From the NCBI GenBank assembly GCA_048940445.1, contig JBHLON010000028.1, positions 1-48,509 on the forward strand: DNA of 48,509 nucleotides. The letters run 5' to 3'. Below the pieces are notes generated by a model, which made no database searches, was not told where the DNA came from, and saw only the letters and a list, made by a program, of their open reading frames with translations. Below are positions 19,940 to 30,335 of this stretch, one piece after another. Source of the stretch: Promethearchaeota archaeon (lineage in GTDB: Archaea > Asgardarchaeota > Lokiarchaeia > Sigyniarchaeales > SOKP01). The translations under genes were made by a program, and so were the position numbers. Positions within the stretch are counted from its first letter, which is position 1, and each line of letters opens with the position of its first letter.

Positions 19940-20491
19940 TTATTTCTTTTGGATTATTTCTTTTAAATTTTCATAAATAATAGGATTTAATTCTTTTTCT
20001 AAGTGGTTTTTCAACTCATTACAAATTACATGATTATCCTTAAAACTAGTAAGATATTTTATAACACTCCAACGTACAGAATCATCAGGATCTTCTAACA
20101 GAGGTAATAGAAATTTAACATATTTTGAGTCGTTATTTTCTTTAATTTTCATTACAGCTCGAGCACGTATTATAAAGTCGGGGCTATAGAGTTGGGGTAA
20201 AAGATGATATTCGATAATTCCATTTTTTGTAAAATTTAATATAAATTGAAACAATTCCTTTTTGAAATTGTGACTTTGTTCTAATTCCTTAATGATACTA
20301 TCAATTGTATATTCTGGGATTTTATTTCCTAATTTCAATAAACTTTCAAAAGAGATAAAGAAATTTTCAGAGATATCATACTTTAGATAATTTAAAAGCT
20401 TTTTAATAATTTTGTCGTTAACCTTTGAGACTTCTATTAAATCCCAGTTATCATCTTCATTGTTATTTTTATTTTCCCTTAAATAATTCAC
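19940..20491 (-). CDS. HEAT-repeat (PBS lyase-like) protein
   Basis: PDFIIRARAV and LLEDPDDSVRWSVIKYL repeats; start uncertain. Confidence 0.75.
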   Translation of the reverse strand: MNYLRENKNNNEDDNWDLIEVSKVNDKIIKKLLNYLKYDISENFFISFESLLKLGNKIPEYTIDSIIKELEQSHNFKKELFQFILNFTKNGIIEYHLLPQLYSPDFIIRARAVMKIKENNDSKYVKFLLPLLEDPDDSVRWSVIKYLTSFKDNHVICNELKNHLEKELNPIIYENLKEIIQKK

Positions 20492-20723
20492 GATTTCTTC
20501 AATTAATATTTTTACATTAACTTTATTAAAATTTACGTGATCTATTTTAATTAACTTATTATTAAAATGAAAATAATCAACTTGTTCATAAAAAATTGTT
20601 AGAATAAATCTTTTTGAGATGTATAATTCTGATAATACTAAAATTTACGGAAATTTTCGGAAGAAGAAATAGTAAATCTAAACAAACTTTGAGAAATATA
20701 ACTTTAATATCAAACCCATAGAA

Positions 20724-21581
20724 TTAGTCTCCAATCAATGACCATACATTATTATAGAAAATAAACTGCTTTTTTTCATCATTAATTGGTAAGGATAAAA
20801 TTTTATCAATTTCAAGTTTTAACGGGTTTGTAACTGGTGAATCTGAGCCAAATAAAACTCTTTTATATCCAACATTTCTAATAAGAGTTAAAATCCCATA
20901 AGGAATAGAACAGGAAGTTTCAAAAAAGACATTACTATACTTATTTAAACTTAATGATAGATCAACAGCTAGCTCCATAGCAAGAGCAGCATGTCCAATA
21001 ATTATTTTTAGATTTGGGTATGAAGTAGCAATCTTAGCTATATCTTTACTACTAATTCCTCCAAAAGTGGTAAATTTTGGAGTATAATGAATGAATAAGG
21101 GGAGTTCTTTATTATAATTTTGCATAAATTCTATAAGTTTTAAAATATCTCTCGGAATTTTTATTAAATGAATACCTGAATGAATTTTAACCCCACAGAA
21201 ACCTTTATCAAAATGATTCTTTAAAATTTTATAGTTCTTTTCCTCATCTTGAACGTTTGGATTAAACCAAAAAAATTTATAAATTCTATCTGGGGCTTTT
21301 GCAGCAATATCTATAACATCTTGATGATTTAATTGATCCTTTGGCATAGAATTCTTCATTTTCTCAAATGCTCTAACTAATCGATCACTTTCAGTATCAT
21401 TTTGAATATTTTCATCATTTGCATAGATTTTAGAACTTACTGCTCTGTTTATTGTTGTTAATATAGCTTTTTCAACGTGATTTTTATCCATATAACTAAT
21501 TAAATCTTCATTCTTATCCAAAAATGTACCAAAAGTATGAAGATGAGCATCAAAAATCTTAAAACTTAATTTTTCATCCAT
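20724..21581 (-). CDS. Amidohydrolase_2 family metal-dependent hydrolase
   Basis: DAHLH, GVKIH, IIIGH and VLFGSDSP motifs. Confidence 0.9.
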   Translation of the reverse strand: MDEKLSFKIFDAHLHTFGTFLDKNEDLISYMDKNHVEKAILTTINRAVSSKIYANDENIQNDTESDRLVRAFEKMKNSMPKDQLNHQDVIDIAAKAPDRIYKFFWFNPNVQDEEKNYKILKNHFDKGFCGVKIHSGIHLIKIPRDILKLIEFMQNYNKELPLFIHYTPKFTTFGGISSKDIAKIATSYPNLKIIIGHAALAMELAVDLSLSLNKYSNVFFETSCSIPYGILTLIRNVGYKRVLFGSDSPVTNPLKLEIDKILSLPINDEKKQFIFYNNVWSLIGD

Positions 21582-21970
21582 TATAACTCCTAATAATAAG
21601 TAATATTTGAAATAGTTAAGGAATTTTAATGATTAATAGATTCCCATTTATGCACAGAATATCAAATTGGAAAAAATCCATCAAACACTCTGAAAATTCT
21701 TCATTAAGCAAAATTGAAGCTTATAAGTTTTTTCTTTTTATTCGATAATTACGGCTTATCACATAATTATTTATTTGACAAAAAGATAAATACTGATCAC
21801 CTCTTTAAATATGTATAAGGGAAAAAGGGATACACTAAATTAGTTTCCATTGAATCTACTTCAATCAAAACCTTTTAGAAGCTCAAATCCGATTTCCTTT
21901 ATGTAAATTATTTCATAGAAAATTGAATTGAAGTTTTAAGATGTCATGGTGAATTAGTATTAGAAAAATA

Positions 21971-22573
21971 ATGAATATTTTTACAGTACTAGCAATTCCA
22001 CTTTTTTTATTAGGTTTAATTATTGCATTAGGATTTGCTTTAAATTTAGGTAATTATCAAATATTATTTAATACCATAAGTGATTTAGGTTCAAGTATAT
22101 ACACCCCCTATCCATTGATTATAGATGGAACATTTATGTTATCACCAATCTTTCTGTCATTTTATTTCTTTAATCTATATAGTATTGTCAGAAAGCATGT
22201 AGGAAAACATAAAGTGCTTTATCGTTTAGCTAATGCTGGCTTCTCTTTCTTCATAATTATGAATATTGCTTTCTTTTTTACAGGGATTTTTAGCGTTGAA
22301 GTTTCAGTAATGTATCATAACATTTGCACAATTTTTGTATTTTTACCATTACTTTTTGGAGAAATAATTCTGGGAATTGTGATATTTTTAAAACGTTTAT
22401 TTCCAAGATGGATTTCAATCCTTATGATGTCTGGGCATTTATTTGTTTCAATGTTCTATTTTATCTTTCAAACTCCAATTCTAGAGTGGGTTACTTTCTT
22501 TGTACTTTTACTATGGGGCGTGCCACTATCTGTTAATATGATTAGTAATAAAAAAAATCTAAGAATGAAATAA
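21971..22573 (+). CDS. DUF998-like membrane protein (copy 1)
   Basis: ISDLG motif, conserved His (HNICT) and LEW in the last helix. Confidence 0.7.
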   Translation: MNIFTVLAIPLFLLGLIIALGFALNLGNYQILFNTISDLGSSIYTPYPLIIDGTFMLSPIFLSFYFFNLYSIVRKHVGKHKVLYRLANAGFSFFIIMNIAFFFTGIFSVEVSVMYHNICTIFVFLPLLFGEIILGIVIFLKRLFPRWISILMMSGHLFVSMFYFIFQTPILEWVTFFVLLLWGVPLSVNMISNKKNLRMK

Positions 22574-22766
22574 TAGCTAAAACACTTTTTTTTCTTTTTA
22601 AAAAGAATGTGATCATATGTTTATCAAACCACAACTCATTTCATTTTGGAAGATAAAATATATAAGAGAATCTTTCCTAATTGATTACGTCATCCAATTA
22701 TAGTTCAAATGCAGGAAAAGAGAGAGAATTAAGTTGATTCTTTTACAAATTAAATGTTGATGTAAG

Positions 22767-23381
22767 ATGAACAATCAACGTATATTAAATATTTTCACTA
22801 TAATAGCCGTTCCGTTTTTCATTTTGGGTTTAATAGTTTCATTGTTATTTGCAACTATCTTTGGAAATTTTGATATTAATAAATATCCGATAAGTGATTT
22901 AGGATCAATCAACTGTTCACCGTTTCCTATCTTTATGAATGCAACCTTCATTGTTACCCCTATAATTCTTACTTTTTTTTTCTTTAAATTATATTTAATA
23001 GTCACTAAAAATATCAAGGTAAGTTTCTCAAAGTATAAGGTTTTATATCACTATTCGTCAGAATTAGGATTCTCCTTGATTGGTGTTATGCTGGTCTCAC
23101 TTTTTATTACAGGTATAATAAACGTAGACTTATCGAGAGATCTTCATAATTTTTGTACAATTTTTGTATTTATACCATTAATTTTTGGAGAATTGATAAT
23201 TGGCTCGATTTTATTAGTACTAAATATTGTAAAAAAGTGGATCTCAATCCTTATGGCGTTTGGACATTTATCAGTATCACTTCTTTACTTTTTTATCCAA
23301 ACTACTTGGCTTGAATGGTTCTTTTTTCTAATTTTATTGACTTGGGGAATACCTTTAAGCCTTAAGATTGCAAAATCTTAA
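22767..23381 (+). CDS. DUF998-like membrane protein (copy 2, tandem paralogue)
   Basis: ISDLG, HNFCTIFVFIPLIFGE, WISILMAFGHL and LEW, all shared with copy 1. Confidence 0.7.
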   Translation: MNNQRILNIFTIIAVPFFILGLIVSLLFATIFGNFDINKYPISDLGSINCSPFPIFMNATFIVTPIILTFFFFKLYLIVTKNIKVSFSKYKVLYHYSSELGFSLIGVMLVSLFITGIINVDLSRDLHNFCTIFVFIPLIFGELIIGSILLVLNIVKKWISILMAFGHLSVSLLYFFIQTTWLEWFFFLILLTWGIPLSLKIAKS

Positions 23382-23430
23382 AAAATCAAGAAATTATCCA
23401 ATAAATGTTAAAATTCAATTTAATAGGATA

Positions 23431-24822
23431 ATGAAAATGTTTAGAGATCTCGAACAAAGGGTAGTAAATCTGATGGTGGAATTTAAAATCCCTGGACTAG
23501 CAATTGGAGTTGTTAACGATGGTAAGGCAATCTATGCAAAAGGATTTGGAGCACGAAATTTAGAAGAAAATCGTCCTTTCACTCAAGACACATTATTTGG
23601 TGTAGGTTCAATATCCAAATCATTTACTACAATTGCTTTATTGCAACTCGTAGAACAAGGAAAAATTAGTCTACAAGACTCTGTAAGTAAATTTCTTGAC
23701 TTTAGATTGGGAAATGAAGAAAATCCAATAAGAATTTGTAATTTATTATCACATTCCTCAGGCATTCCTGAATTAAGTGGCAATGTAGTTGCTATTGTGC
23801 GTCAACTTGGAAATTTTAGTGCAATCATCCCTATAAGCAATTGGGATGAATTCTTACTTCATGTAAATGGTGCAAGTAATGAATTATTCGATAATCCGGA
23901 TAAAGTGTTTCTCTATAATAATGACATGTTTACATGCGTTGGCTTAATTATTGAAAAGTTAACAAATATGAATTTTGTAGATTATATTAAAGAAAATATT
24001 CTCAAACCTTTGAAAATGGTGAGGTCTACCTATTTGAAAAAGGATTTTGAACATGATAATGACGTTTTAACTGGATATATTTCCTCACAAGAAAAGAAAC
24101 CGTATAAAGAAACCTCACATCCGTTTGATAAAACCGTTTACGCTCCGGGGGGATTGTTAAGTTCTGTAAAAGAAATGCAAAACTATATTATTGCTTTACT
24201 AAATAAAGGAGTATTTGATGATACTCAGATTGTAGATGAATCCTCATTAAAAGAAATGTGGGAACCTTATATTAAAATACCAGAAGAAACTTATGGTAGT
24301 AAAGAGGCATGGTATGGATTTGGTTGGAAAATAGTTAAGAATTTCTTAGGATATGAACTGATAGAACACGGTGGGGATATAGGATCTTCCACTGCATTTT
24401 TAGCGATAGTTCCCGAGAAGAAGATTGGAGTGATAGTTGGAGCAAATTGTAATGCTTCAATAGTTTTAGGGTCGCTGGCGCATTATGTTCTTGGAATGTT
24501 ATTAAATAAAAATTTTAATGAAACAGCCCTATCTTTAGTAGTACATAAGAAATTAAAATCTCTAATAGGGGAATATCATACTTATAAAAGTTTGGAAAGG
24601 ATGAAAATTTCATTTGAAGAAGGTATTTTATACGCTGAGATCGTGGAATCTTTAGATTTCCCTATAATGAAGTTACCCCTCGTTCTAGAAAACTTTAATG
24701 AGTTAAAATTTTTTGTTCCAATTGCTTATCCAAACCGAAAAATTAAAGTCCAGTTCTTTATAGATGAAAAAACAGGAAAAATCCACTTTAATTTTGATAG
24801 ATACTATTTCCATAAGATCTAA
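23431..24822 (+). CDS. Serine hydrolase, beta-lactamase class C / CubicO peptidase family, with C-terminal extension
   Basis: IPGLAIGVV, SISK (SxxK), LLSHSSG, YNN and HGG motifs. ATG at 23431 is preferred over the overlapping TTG at 23368. Confidence 0.88.
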   Translation: MKMFRDLEQRVVNLMVEFKIPGLAIGVVNDGKAIYAKGFGARNLEENRPFTQDTLFGVGSISKSFTTIALLQLVEQGKISLQDSVSKFLDFRLGNEENPIRICNLLSHSSGIPELSGNVVAIVRQLGNFSAIIPISNWDEFLLHVNGASNELFDNPDKVFLYNNDMFTCVGLIIEKLTNMNFVDYIKENILKPLKMVRSTYLKKDFEHDNDVLTGYISSQEKKPYKETSHPFDKTVYAPGGLLSSVKEMQNYIIALLNKGVFDDTQIVDESSLKEMWEPYIKIPEETYGSKEAWYGFGWKIVKNFLGYELIEHGGDIGSSTAFLAIVPEKKIGVIVGANCNASIVLGSLAHYVLGMLLNKNFNETALSLVVHKKLKSLIGEYHTYKSLERMKISFEEGILYAEIVESLDFPIMKLPLVLENFNELKFFVPIAYPNRKIKVQFFIDEKTGKIHFNFDRYYFHKI

Positions 24823-24859
24823 TAAAGGTTATAATCAATTCCTCTTTTAGATAATTATT

Positions 24860-26785
24860 ATGCCATTAAGAATTGATAAAGAATGGTTTATTGACGACAA
24901 AGGACGAAGAGTGCTTCTTAGGGGGGTAAATCTAGGTGGCAGTTCTAAAGTTCCATTTAAACCAAATGGAGCAACCCACATGAAAACAGATTTCAGTGAT
25001 CATCGCGATGTGTCTTTTGCCGGTCGCCCTTTTCCTTTAAAGGAAGCTAATGAACATTTTAGTCGATTAAAGTATTGGGGATTTAACTGTTTACGATTTT
25101 TGGTTACGTGGGAAGCTATCGAACATAAAGGTCCAAAACAATATGATTACGAATATCTTAATTACATCGAGGAATTATTAAAGGTCGCATCTGAATTTGA
25201 TTTTTATATTTTTATTGATCCTCACCAAGATGTGTGGAGTCGCATGAGTGGGGGAGACGGGGCACCTGGTTGGACTTTTGAAAAAGTGGGTTTGGATTTT
25301 ACAAAATTTGATGCTTCTGATGCAGCATTAGTAATGCAATACAGATATGACCCGAATAATCCAGATGCTTATCCTATGATGCATTGGTCAAGCAATGCAG
25401 TAAGATTTGCAAATGGTACAATGTGGACAATATTTTTTGGAGGAAAAGATTTCGCTCCTTCATGTATGATAGAAGGATTAAACGCTCAAGATTATTTGCA
25501 ACAACACTATTTCAATGCATTTCAACAAGTGGCATTAAGAGTTAAAGACAATCATTATGTGCTTGGATTTGACAGTTTAAATGAACCAGAACAAGGTTGG
25601 ATTGAAAAAAGAGTGGATGGTGTGGGTACTGAAAAGTTAAATGAAGATTTGGGTTATAACTTCACCCCTTTCGATGCAATGTTAACTGGATCAGGTTATA
25701 CAAGAACAGTTGGTTTTAAGGAAGTGAAACGATTCGGTATTAAAGAAACACGGAAGGATGATTTAAATAAAGGAAAAGTTTCATGTTGGCTCGAAGGGGT
25801 GGAAGATATCTGGAAGAAGGAAGGTATATGGGGCTTAGATGAATCTGGAAATCCAATAATTTTAAAAAATGAATATTTTTTAGTTAAGGATGGTAAAAAA
25901 GTTGATTTTAATTTAGATTACCTATCTCCATTTATTTTCAAGTATACTGAAACAATTAGAAAAATTATTCCGAACTCCATGACATTTTTTGAAAGTCATC
26001 CAATAAGAATAATGAAAGGGGAAAAATTAACATTTAAAGTACCTGATAATGTAGTACATGCGGGACACTGGTATGATGGAGCTACATTAGGTACAAAACG
26101 GCCTATGATAAAAGCAAATTATGATATTGCTGAAGATAAAATAGTCATGGGGAAAAAAAATATCCAAGAGATGTTTATTAGGCAACTTAGTAATATTAAA
26201 AGCATAGCTCAATCAATAGATGGAGGAATTCCCACTTTAATTGGAGAATTTGGGTTACCATATGATCTTAATAAAAAAGAAGCATACCAAAAATTCAAAT
26301 CAGAACCTAATATTGCTTGGGAAAAACATATTAAATTACTTACGATGTACTATAATGCCTTGGATGCAAATTTATTGCATTCAACTCAATGGAATTATAC
26401 AGCAGATAATACTAATGAATGGGGAGACCAATGGAATTTGGAAGATCTGTCTATTTTTAGTAAAAGCCAAATTATTAATCCAAAAGATATTAATAGCGGT
26501 GGAAGAGCAATTGAAGGATTTTGCAGACCTCATTTCATTCAATGTGCTGGAGTCCCATTGAAAATGGAATTCAATTTAAAGTCTGGTTCATTCTATTTAG
26601 AATTTGATGGAGATGCATCAATTAAAGGACCAACTTTAATTTATGTTCCAAAAGTTCAGTATCCAAATGGATTTGAAGTTAAAGCATCAGATGGAAAAAT
26701 CATAAAAGAAGAAGATAAACAAATAGTTAGTATAGAGATACAAAAAAATGGTATTCATACAGTTAATATCATAAGGATTGATTAA
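24860..26785 (+). CDS. Glycoside hydrolase family 5, endoglycoceramidase / steryl-beta-glucosidase-like
   Basis: LRGVNLGG, TWEAIEH, DPHQDVWSR.SGGDGAPGW, acid/base NEP, nucleophile IGEFG and WNLEDLS; C-terminal beta-sandwich; no signal peptide. Confidence 0.88.
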   Translation: MPLRIDKEWFIDDKGRRVLLRGVNLGGSSKVPFKPNGATHMKTDFSDHRDVSFAGRPFPLKEANEHFSRLKYWGFNCLRFLVTWEAIEHKGPKQYDYEYLNYIEELLKVASEFDFYIFIDPHQDVWSRMSGGDGAPGWTFEKVGLDFTKFDASDAALVMQYRYDPNNPDAYPMMHWSSNAVRFANGTMWTIFFGGKDFAPSCMIEGLNAQDYLQQHYFNAFQQVALRVKDNHYVLGFDSLNEPEQGWIEKRVDGVGTEKLNEDLGYNFTPFDAMLTGSGYTRTVGFKEVKRFGIKETRKDDLNKGKVSCWLEGVEDIWKKEGIWGLDESGNPIILKNEYFLVKDGKKVDFNLDYLSPFIFKYTETIRKIIPNSMTFFESHPIRIMKGEKLTFKVPDNVVHAGHWYDGATLGTKRPMIKANYDIAEDKIVMGKKNIQEMFIRQLSNIKSIAQSIDGGIPTLIGEFGLPYDLNKKEAYQKFKSEPNIAWEKHIKLLTMYYNALDANLLHSTQWNYTADNTNEWGDQWNLEDLSIFSKSQIINPKDINSGGRAIEGFCRPHFIQCAGVPLKMEFNLKSGSFYLEFDGDASIKGPTLIYVPKVQYPNGFEVKASDGKIIKEEDKQIVSIEIQKNGIHTVNIIRID

Positions 26786-26789
26786 GGGA

Positions 26790-27944
26790 TCATTCCCATC
26801 TAATACTCTGATAATTTTTTTGCACGACCTCATCTAGTCCTTCTAAAATTGTATTTGTTCCCTCAGTTTTATAAATTTTCATGAGTTCTCCCATGGTAGC
26901 CGTCGTTCTTTTTTTAGCTGACAGATAAGAAAGAAGTACGACAGCAACCCCCTGTTTTGCATCTTCAGGGGAGAATTCAGGTTGTTTATTCTCTAAGATG
27001 CAATCTGCGAAATACGCATCTTCTTTACCCATTGATATTTTATAATAATCGGGATATGGTCCATGTTCTATCTTAGGACTATAAAATTCTCCTTTAATTT
27101 CAGCATCTGGATGTGAAGAGAAAACACGAATTGGATCTTGCCATGAATGATCTTCTAATATGCTCCCTTTTGTTCCGTGTAATTCCGTTCTATTAGTGAG
27201 CGTATGAACTGTAGTTGAGGATATATCTACAGTTACTATTGCACCACACTTATAGTGTAAAAACACTATTGCTGTGTCTTCTCCCTTGCTAGATGGTGAA
27301 TCTAGAGTTTTACTTAACCAACATTGTGCTGAATCTACCTCTCCTAAAAACCAATTCAACATTGTAAATTTATGAACCCCTTGATCTGCTACCACTCCAC
27401 CACCTCCCTTATCATAACAGAAATTCCATAAATGTGGATCTAAAAACTCATTCGGAGAACAATAAGCCCCTTCATAAGTCCTGCCTAAAAATACATCTCC
27501 AATAAAGCCTTTACTCAACATATCTTTAATAAGTTGATGAGCTGGTAAAAACCTATGATTTTCAGCAATCATAAATTTTACACCAGCTTTTTTAGTTGCT
27601 TCTATCATTTCATCGCACTCTTCTAGTGTGGGGGCCATAGGTTTCTCACATAAAACATGCTTCCCTGCTTCTGCGGCAGAAACTACAACATCTTTATGTA
27701 AATAATGGGGAACTAAAACGAGAACTGCATCAATATCGCTTTTTAAGAAAGTATCCAAATTAGAATAAGTCTCAAATTTAGAGTACTTTGCAGCTCTTAC
27801 TAAATTATCACTATTAATATCATAAGCAGCCGAAAATTTAATTTTAGGGTTGGTTTTACTCCCTAATTTATGATATCTCCAGACAGAACCAACTCCTACA
27901 ATTCCAAATTTTACAAAATCACTCATAAGACTTTCATTACTCAC
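26790..27944 (-). CDS. Gfo/Idh/MocA family oxidoreductase
   Basis: GIVGVG, AGKHVLCEKPMA and GGGVVADQGVH motifs. Confidence 0.92.
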   Translation of the reverse strand: MSNESLMSDFVKFGIVGVGSVWRYHKLGSKTNPKIKFSAAYDINSDNLVRAAKYSKFETYSNLDTFLKSDIDAVLVLVPHYLHKDVVVSAAEAGKHVLCEKPMAPTLEECDEMIEATKKAGVKFMIAENHRFLPAHQLIKDMLSKGFIGDVFLGRTYEGAYCSPNEFLDPHLWNFCYDKGGGGVVADQGVHKFTMLNWFLGEVDSAQCWLSKTLDSPSSKGEDTAIVFLHYKCGAIVTVDISSTTVHTLTNRTELHGTKGSILEDHSWQDPIRVFSSHPDAEIKGEFYSPKIEHGPYPDYYKISMGKEDAYFADCILENKQPEFSPEDAKQGVAVVLLSYLSAKKRTTATMGELMKIYKTEGTNTILEGLDEVVQKNYQSIRWE

Positions 27945-27948
27945 GGGA

Positions 27949-28287
27949 TTATAAATCCATAAATACTTCTAATCTTTGAATAGCATTCATATCTCCTCTT
28001 ATAATTATCTCTCCTTCCATGAATGCTTCCATTGGATCCACCTCTCCTGTGGCAATTCCTAAAAATAAATCTGAATTCGCCTCTAATCCCATTTCTGCTT
28101 TTTCGTCAAAACCATCTTCCAAACTTGCGCTTTTATCTTTAAAAATCATCTTTACCTTATGATTAATATCAGGAAACGTGAATTGAAGCGTTTTATTATA
28201 CCCTTCGAATTCTTCAGCAACTTGAGGATCATCCATCATATTGATCCATTTATTTAAAGCATTTTTAATTTCTTCTTTTGTTGCCAT
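27949..28287 (-). CDS. SCP2 sterol/lipid-binding domain protein
   Basis: 112 aa; GEVDPMEAFMEGEIIIRGD signature. Confidence 0.88.
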   Translation of the reverse strand: MATKEEIKNALNKWINMMDDPQVAEEFEGYNKTLQFTFPDINHKVKMIFKDKSASLEDGFDEKAEMGLEANSDLFLGIATGEVDPMEAFMEGEIIIRGDMNAIQRLEVFMDL

Positions 28288-28377
28288 TTTTCATACACAT
28301 TATAATATCCTTATTATTCAATTATATTGTACATTACTTTAATTAAGTTATATAAAAAACTTATTTATTTTATCTAA

Positions 28378-29181
28378 TTAATTATTTTGTCTTTTTAATT
28401 TTTCTAATATTTCTTTAGGATATTGTGCCTTAAACCAAGGCATACTTGAGAACCAATGAGCTAAAATTGTTTGGGATAGAGAAGCTTTATTTCTTTTAAG
28501 ATTATTTTTAAGAAAGTAAACTCTTCTATACTTTTCAGCATAATTCCAACCACTTAACCTTAAACCAGCTCTCTTGGTCGATAATTTGTAATTTAGTTTT
28601 AATCTATTGATCAACCAATATTGTGTTTTATGACACTTAAGGAGTTTTTCAATTAAGTTAATATCTTCTTTTTTGAAACCAAAGAAGAAATTAGGATGAG
28701 AAGTGCCATAGAAATATAAAATTGGTGAAAAATTAATTAATTTTTGAGATATTATATAAAAAATTGCTTTTCCAGTATTTACATGATCTAAATGGTAATA
28801 CCAAGTATGCATTGCTTCTGGAGCAAAAATTATGTCTGGTTGTTCTCTATTTAAAAAATCTGAAATGGTTTGAATAAACTCTCGGTCAAATTTCACAAAA
28901 CCATCTACATAACCAAAAAAGTGAACATTTTCAGGAGGGATACCATGTACTTTCATAGCAGAATATAATTCATTTGTTCTTATTTTCGCTAAAAATTCTC
29001 CTTTAAATTTGTCATATTTAAATCCTGGTAACCCAAATTCACCTTTAGTGATTGATGCAATCTTAATTATATGCTTATTTACGCTTTTTTTAGAGAGGTG
29101 ATGTATCAGATGACCACAATTAAATTCTAAATCATCCGGATGTGGCTGGAAAAAAATAATTTTTGCCATGATTTGATTCAA
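28378..29181 (-). CDS. PIG-L/LmbE family N-acetyl-sugar deacetylase
   Basis: QPHPDDLE, TKGE.G, R..E, HLDH and CHKTQ motifs. Confidence 0.88.
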   Translation of the reverse strand: MNQIMAKIIFFQPHPDDLEFNCGHLIHHLSKKSVNKHIIKIASITKGEFGLPGFKYDKFKGEFLAKIRTNELYSAMKVHGIPPENVHFFGYVDGFVKFDREFIQTISDFLNREQPDIIFAPEAMHTWYYHLDHVNTGKAIFYIISQKLINFSPILYFYGTSHPNFFFGFKKEDINLIEKLLKCHKTQYWLINRLKLNYKLSTKRAGLRLSGWNYAEKYRRVYFLKNNLKRNKASLSQTILAHWFSSMPWFKAQYPKEILEKLKRQNN

Positions 29182-29195
29182 TAATTGGTTTCTAC

Positions 29196-30083
29196 TTATT
29201 TTATTTTTTCAATTTGAGCTTGTCTTTTTCCCAATAAAAATGAACTAATTATAACTAATACAATCCCAATTATTAGAAAAAATAGTGATAAGGCATCTTG
29301 GATTGGAAGTAAGAAAACCGCAATATAATAAAAAGGAGGGGCAATTTGAATTGGTACTTGTTGAATAGGAATTAAGTTGCTTGCTTGACCCTCACGAAAT
29401 GCTTTTTGAATAGAGCTAGTTCCAAATATATTTGTTGAAATTAAAATAAGAATGGCTAAAATAAATATTATAATTTCCAATAATTGTGCTGTTCCATCAA
29501 ATACATGAACTAAAACTCCCATAATCGGACTAATCCAGAAATTTGATAAGGCAAACTGAAATCCAGAATAAACTGCTAATGATATACCTTTAGAGACATT
29601 CTTGAGTTGTAAAATATAACAAATAGCAGCTAAAATATATATAATGATCGTAAAAATCATAATTCTGAATATCAGTCCAAATTCAAAAAAATTTAAGGAT
29701 CCAACATCAATTTCCATACTACTAAAACCTATAAAAGTAATCGCAATAATCATTAAAATAATTCCAATAATTTCTAACATTTTTAACTGCTCATTTGCTA
29801 TTTTAACTGATCCTATTGCTAAAACTATCAATCCCGCTGCCATTAGACCCGGGATAAGAGTTGGTCCAATGAACATTTGAGCAATTAAGAAAAGGACGGC
29901 TCCTATAGCAAGTTGAAATATTAAACCTATTAACCATAAACGATTCTTTATTAAAGATCTGAAAAATTTCGAACTATCTTTGAATTCATTGACAACTTTT
30001 TTCTGTAGGACAGTTCCAAAATTATTTGTAACACCAGATAATATTGCCATTACTACACCTAACCAATATAGCAAAAAACTCAT
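29196..30083 (-). CDS. DMT-superfamily transporter (NIPA/Mg transporter-like)
   Basis: About 9 TM segments; GTVLQKK...NRLWLIGL and QKAFREGQAS motifs. Confidence 0.7.
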   Translation of the reverse strand: MSFLLYWLGVVMAILSGVTNNFGTVLQKKVVNEFKDSSKFFRSLIKNRLWLIGLIFQLAIGAVLFLIAQMFIGPTLIPGLMAAGLIVLAIGSVKIANEQLKMLEIIGIILMIIAITFIGFSSMEIDVGSLNFFEFGLIFRIMIFTIIIYILAAICYILQLKNVSKGISLAVYSGFQFALSNFWISPIMGVLVHVFDGTAQLLEIIIFILAILILISTNIFGTSSIQKAFREGQASNLIPIQQVPIQIAPPFYYIAVFLLPIQDALSLFFLIIGIVLVIISSFLLGKRQAQIEKIK

Positions 30084-30335
30084 AGTAAATGAAATCTAAA
30101 TTAAATTGAATTACTATAAAACATATTTTGTTCTAAATTAATTTAAAGTTTAATATAGAAAAATTCTATTAGTACAATTTAATCGCCTTGAACTTGAACA
30201 CTAACCCTTCTATTACGGAGACCATCATATTCAGCAAACATAATAAATCATTATTCAAGTAGCCTCTTTAAATATTTATCTTCAAGATTCGTTAAAAGAA
30301 AGAGAGTTTTATAAAAAACATATCTATTTTAAGCA

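Noticed and set aside
20492-20645. Open frame upstream of the HEAT gene GTG
   Set aside because: No standard start codon, low-complexity AT-rich translation and no motif; cannot support an extension.
21600-21960. Possible ncRNA or small ORF in the 390-bp divergent spacer (includes ATTGAA-N5-TTCAAT)
   Set aside because: No stable GC-rich structure, no recognisable riboswitch and no credible ORF.
23368-23430. TTG start of the serine hydrolase overlapping the upstream gene
   Set aside because: ATG at 23431 preceded by AGGA is more plausible.
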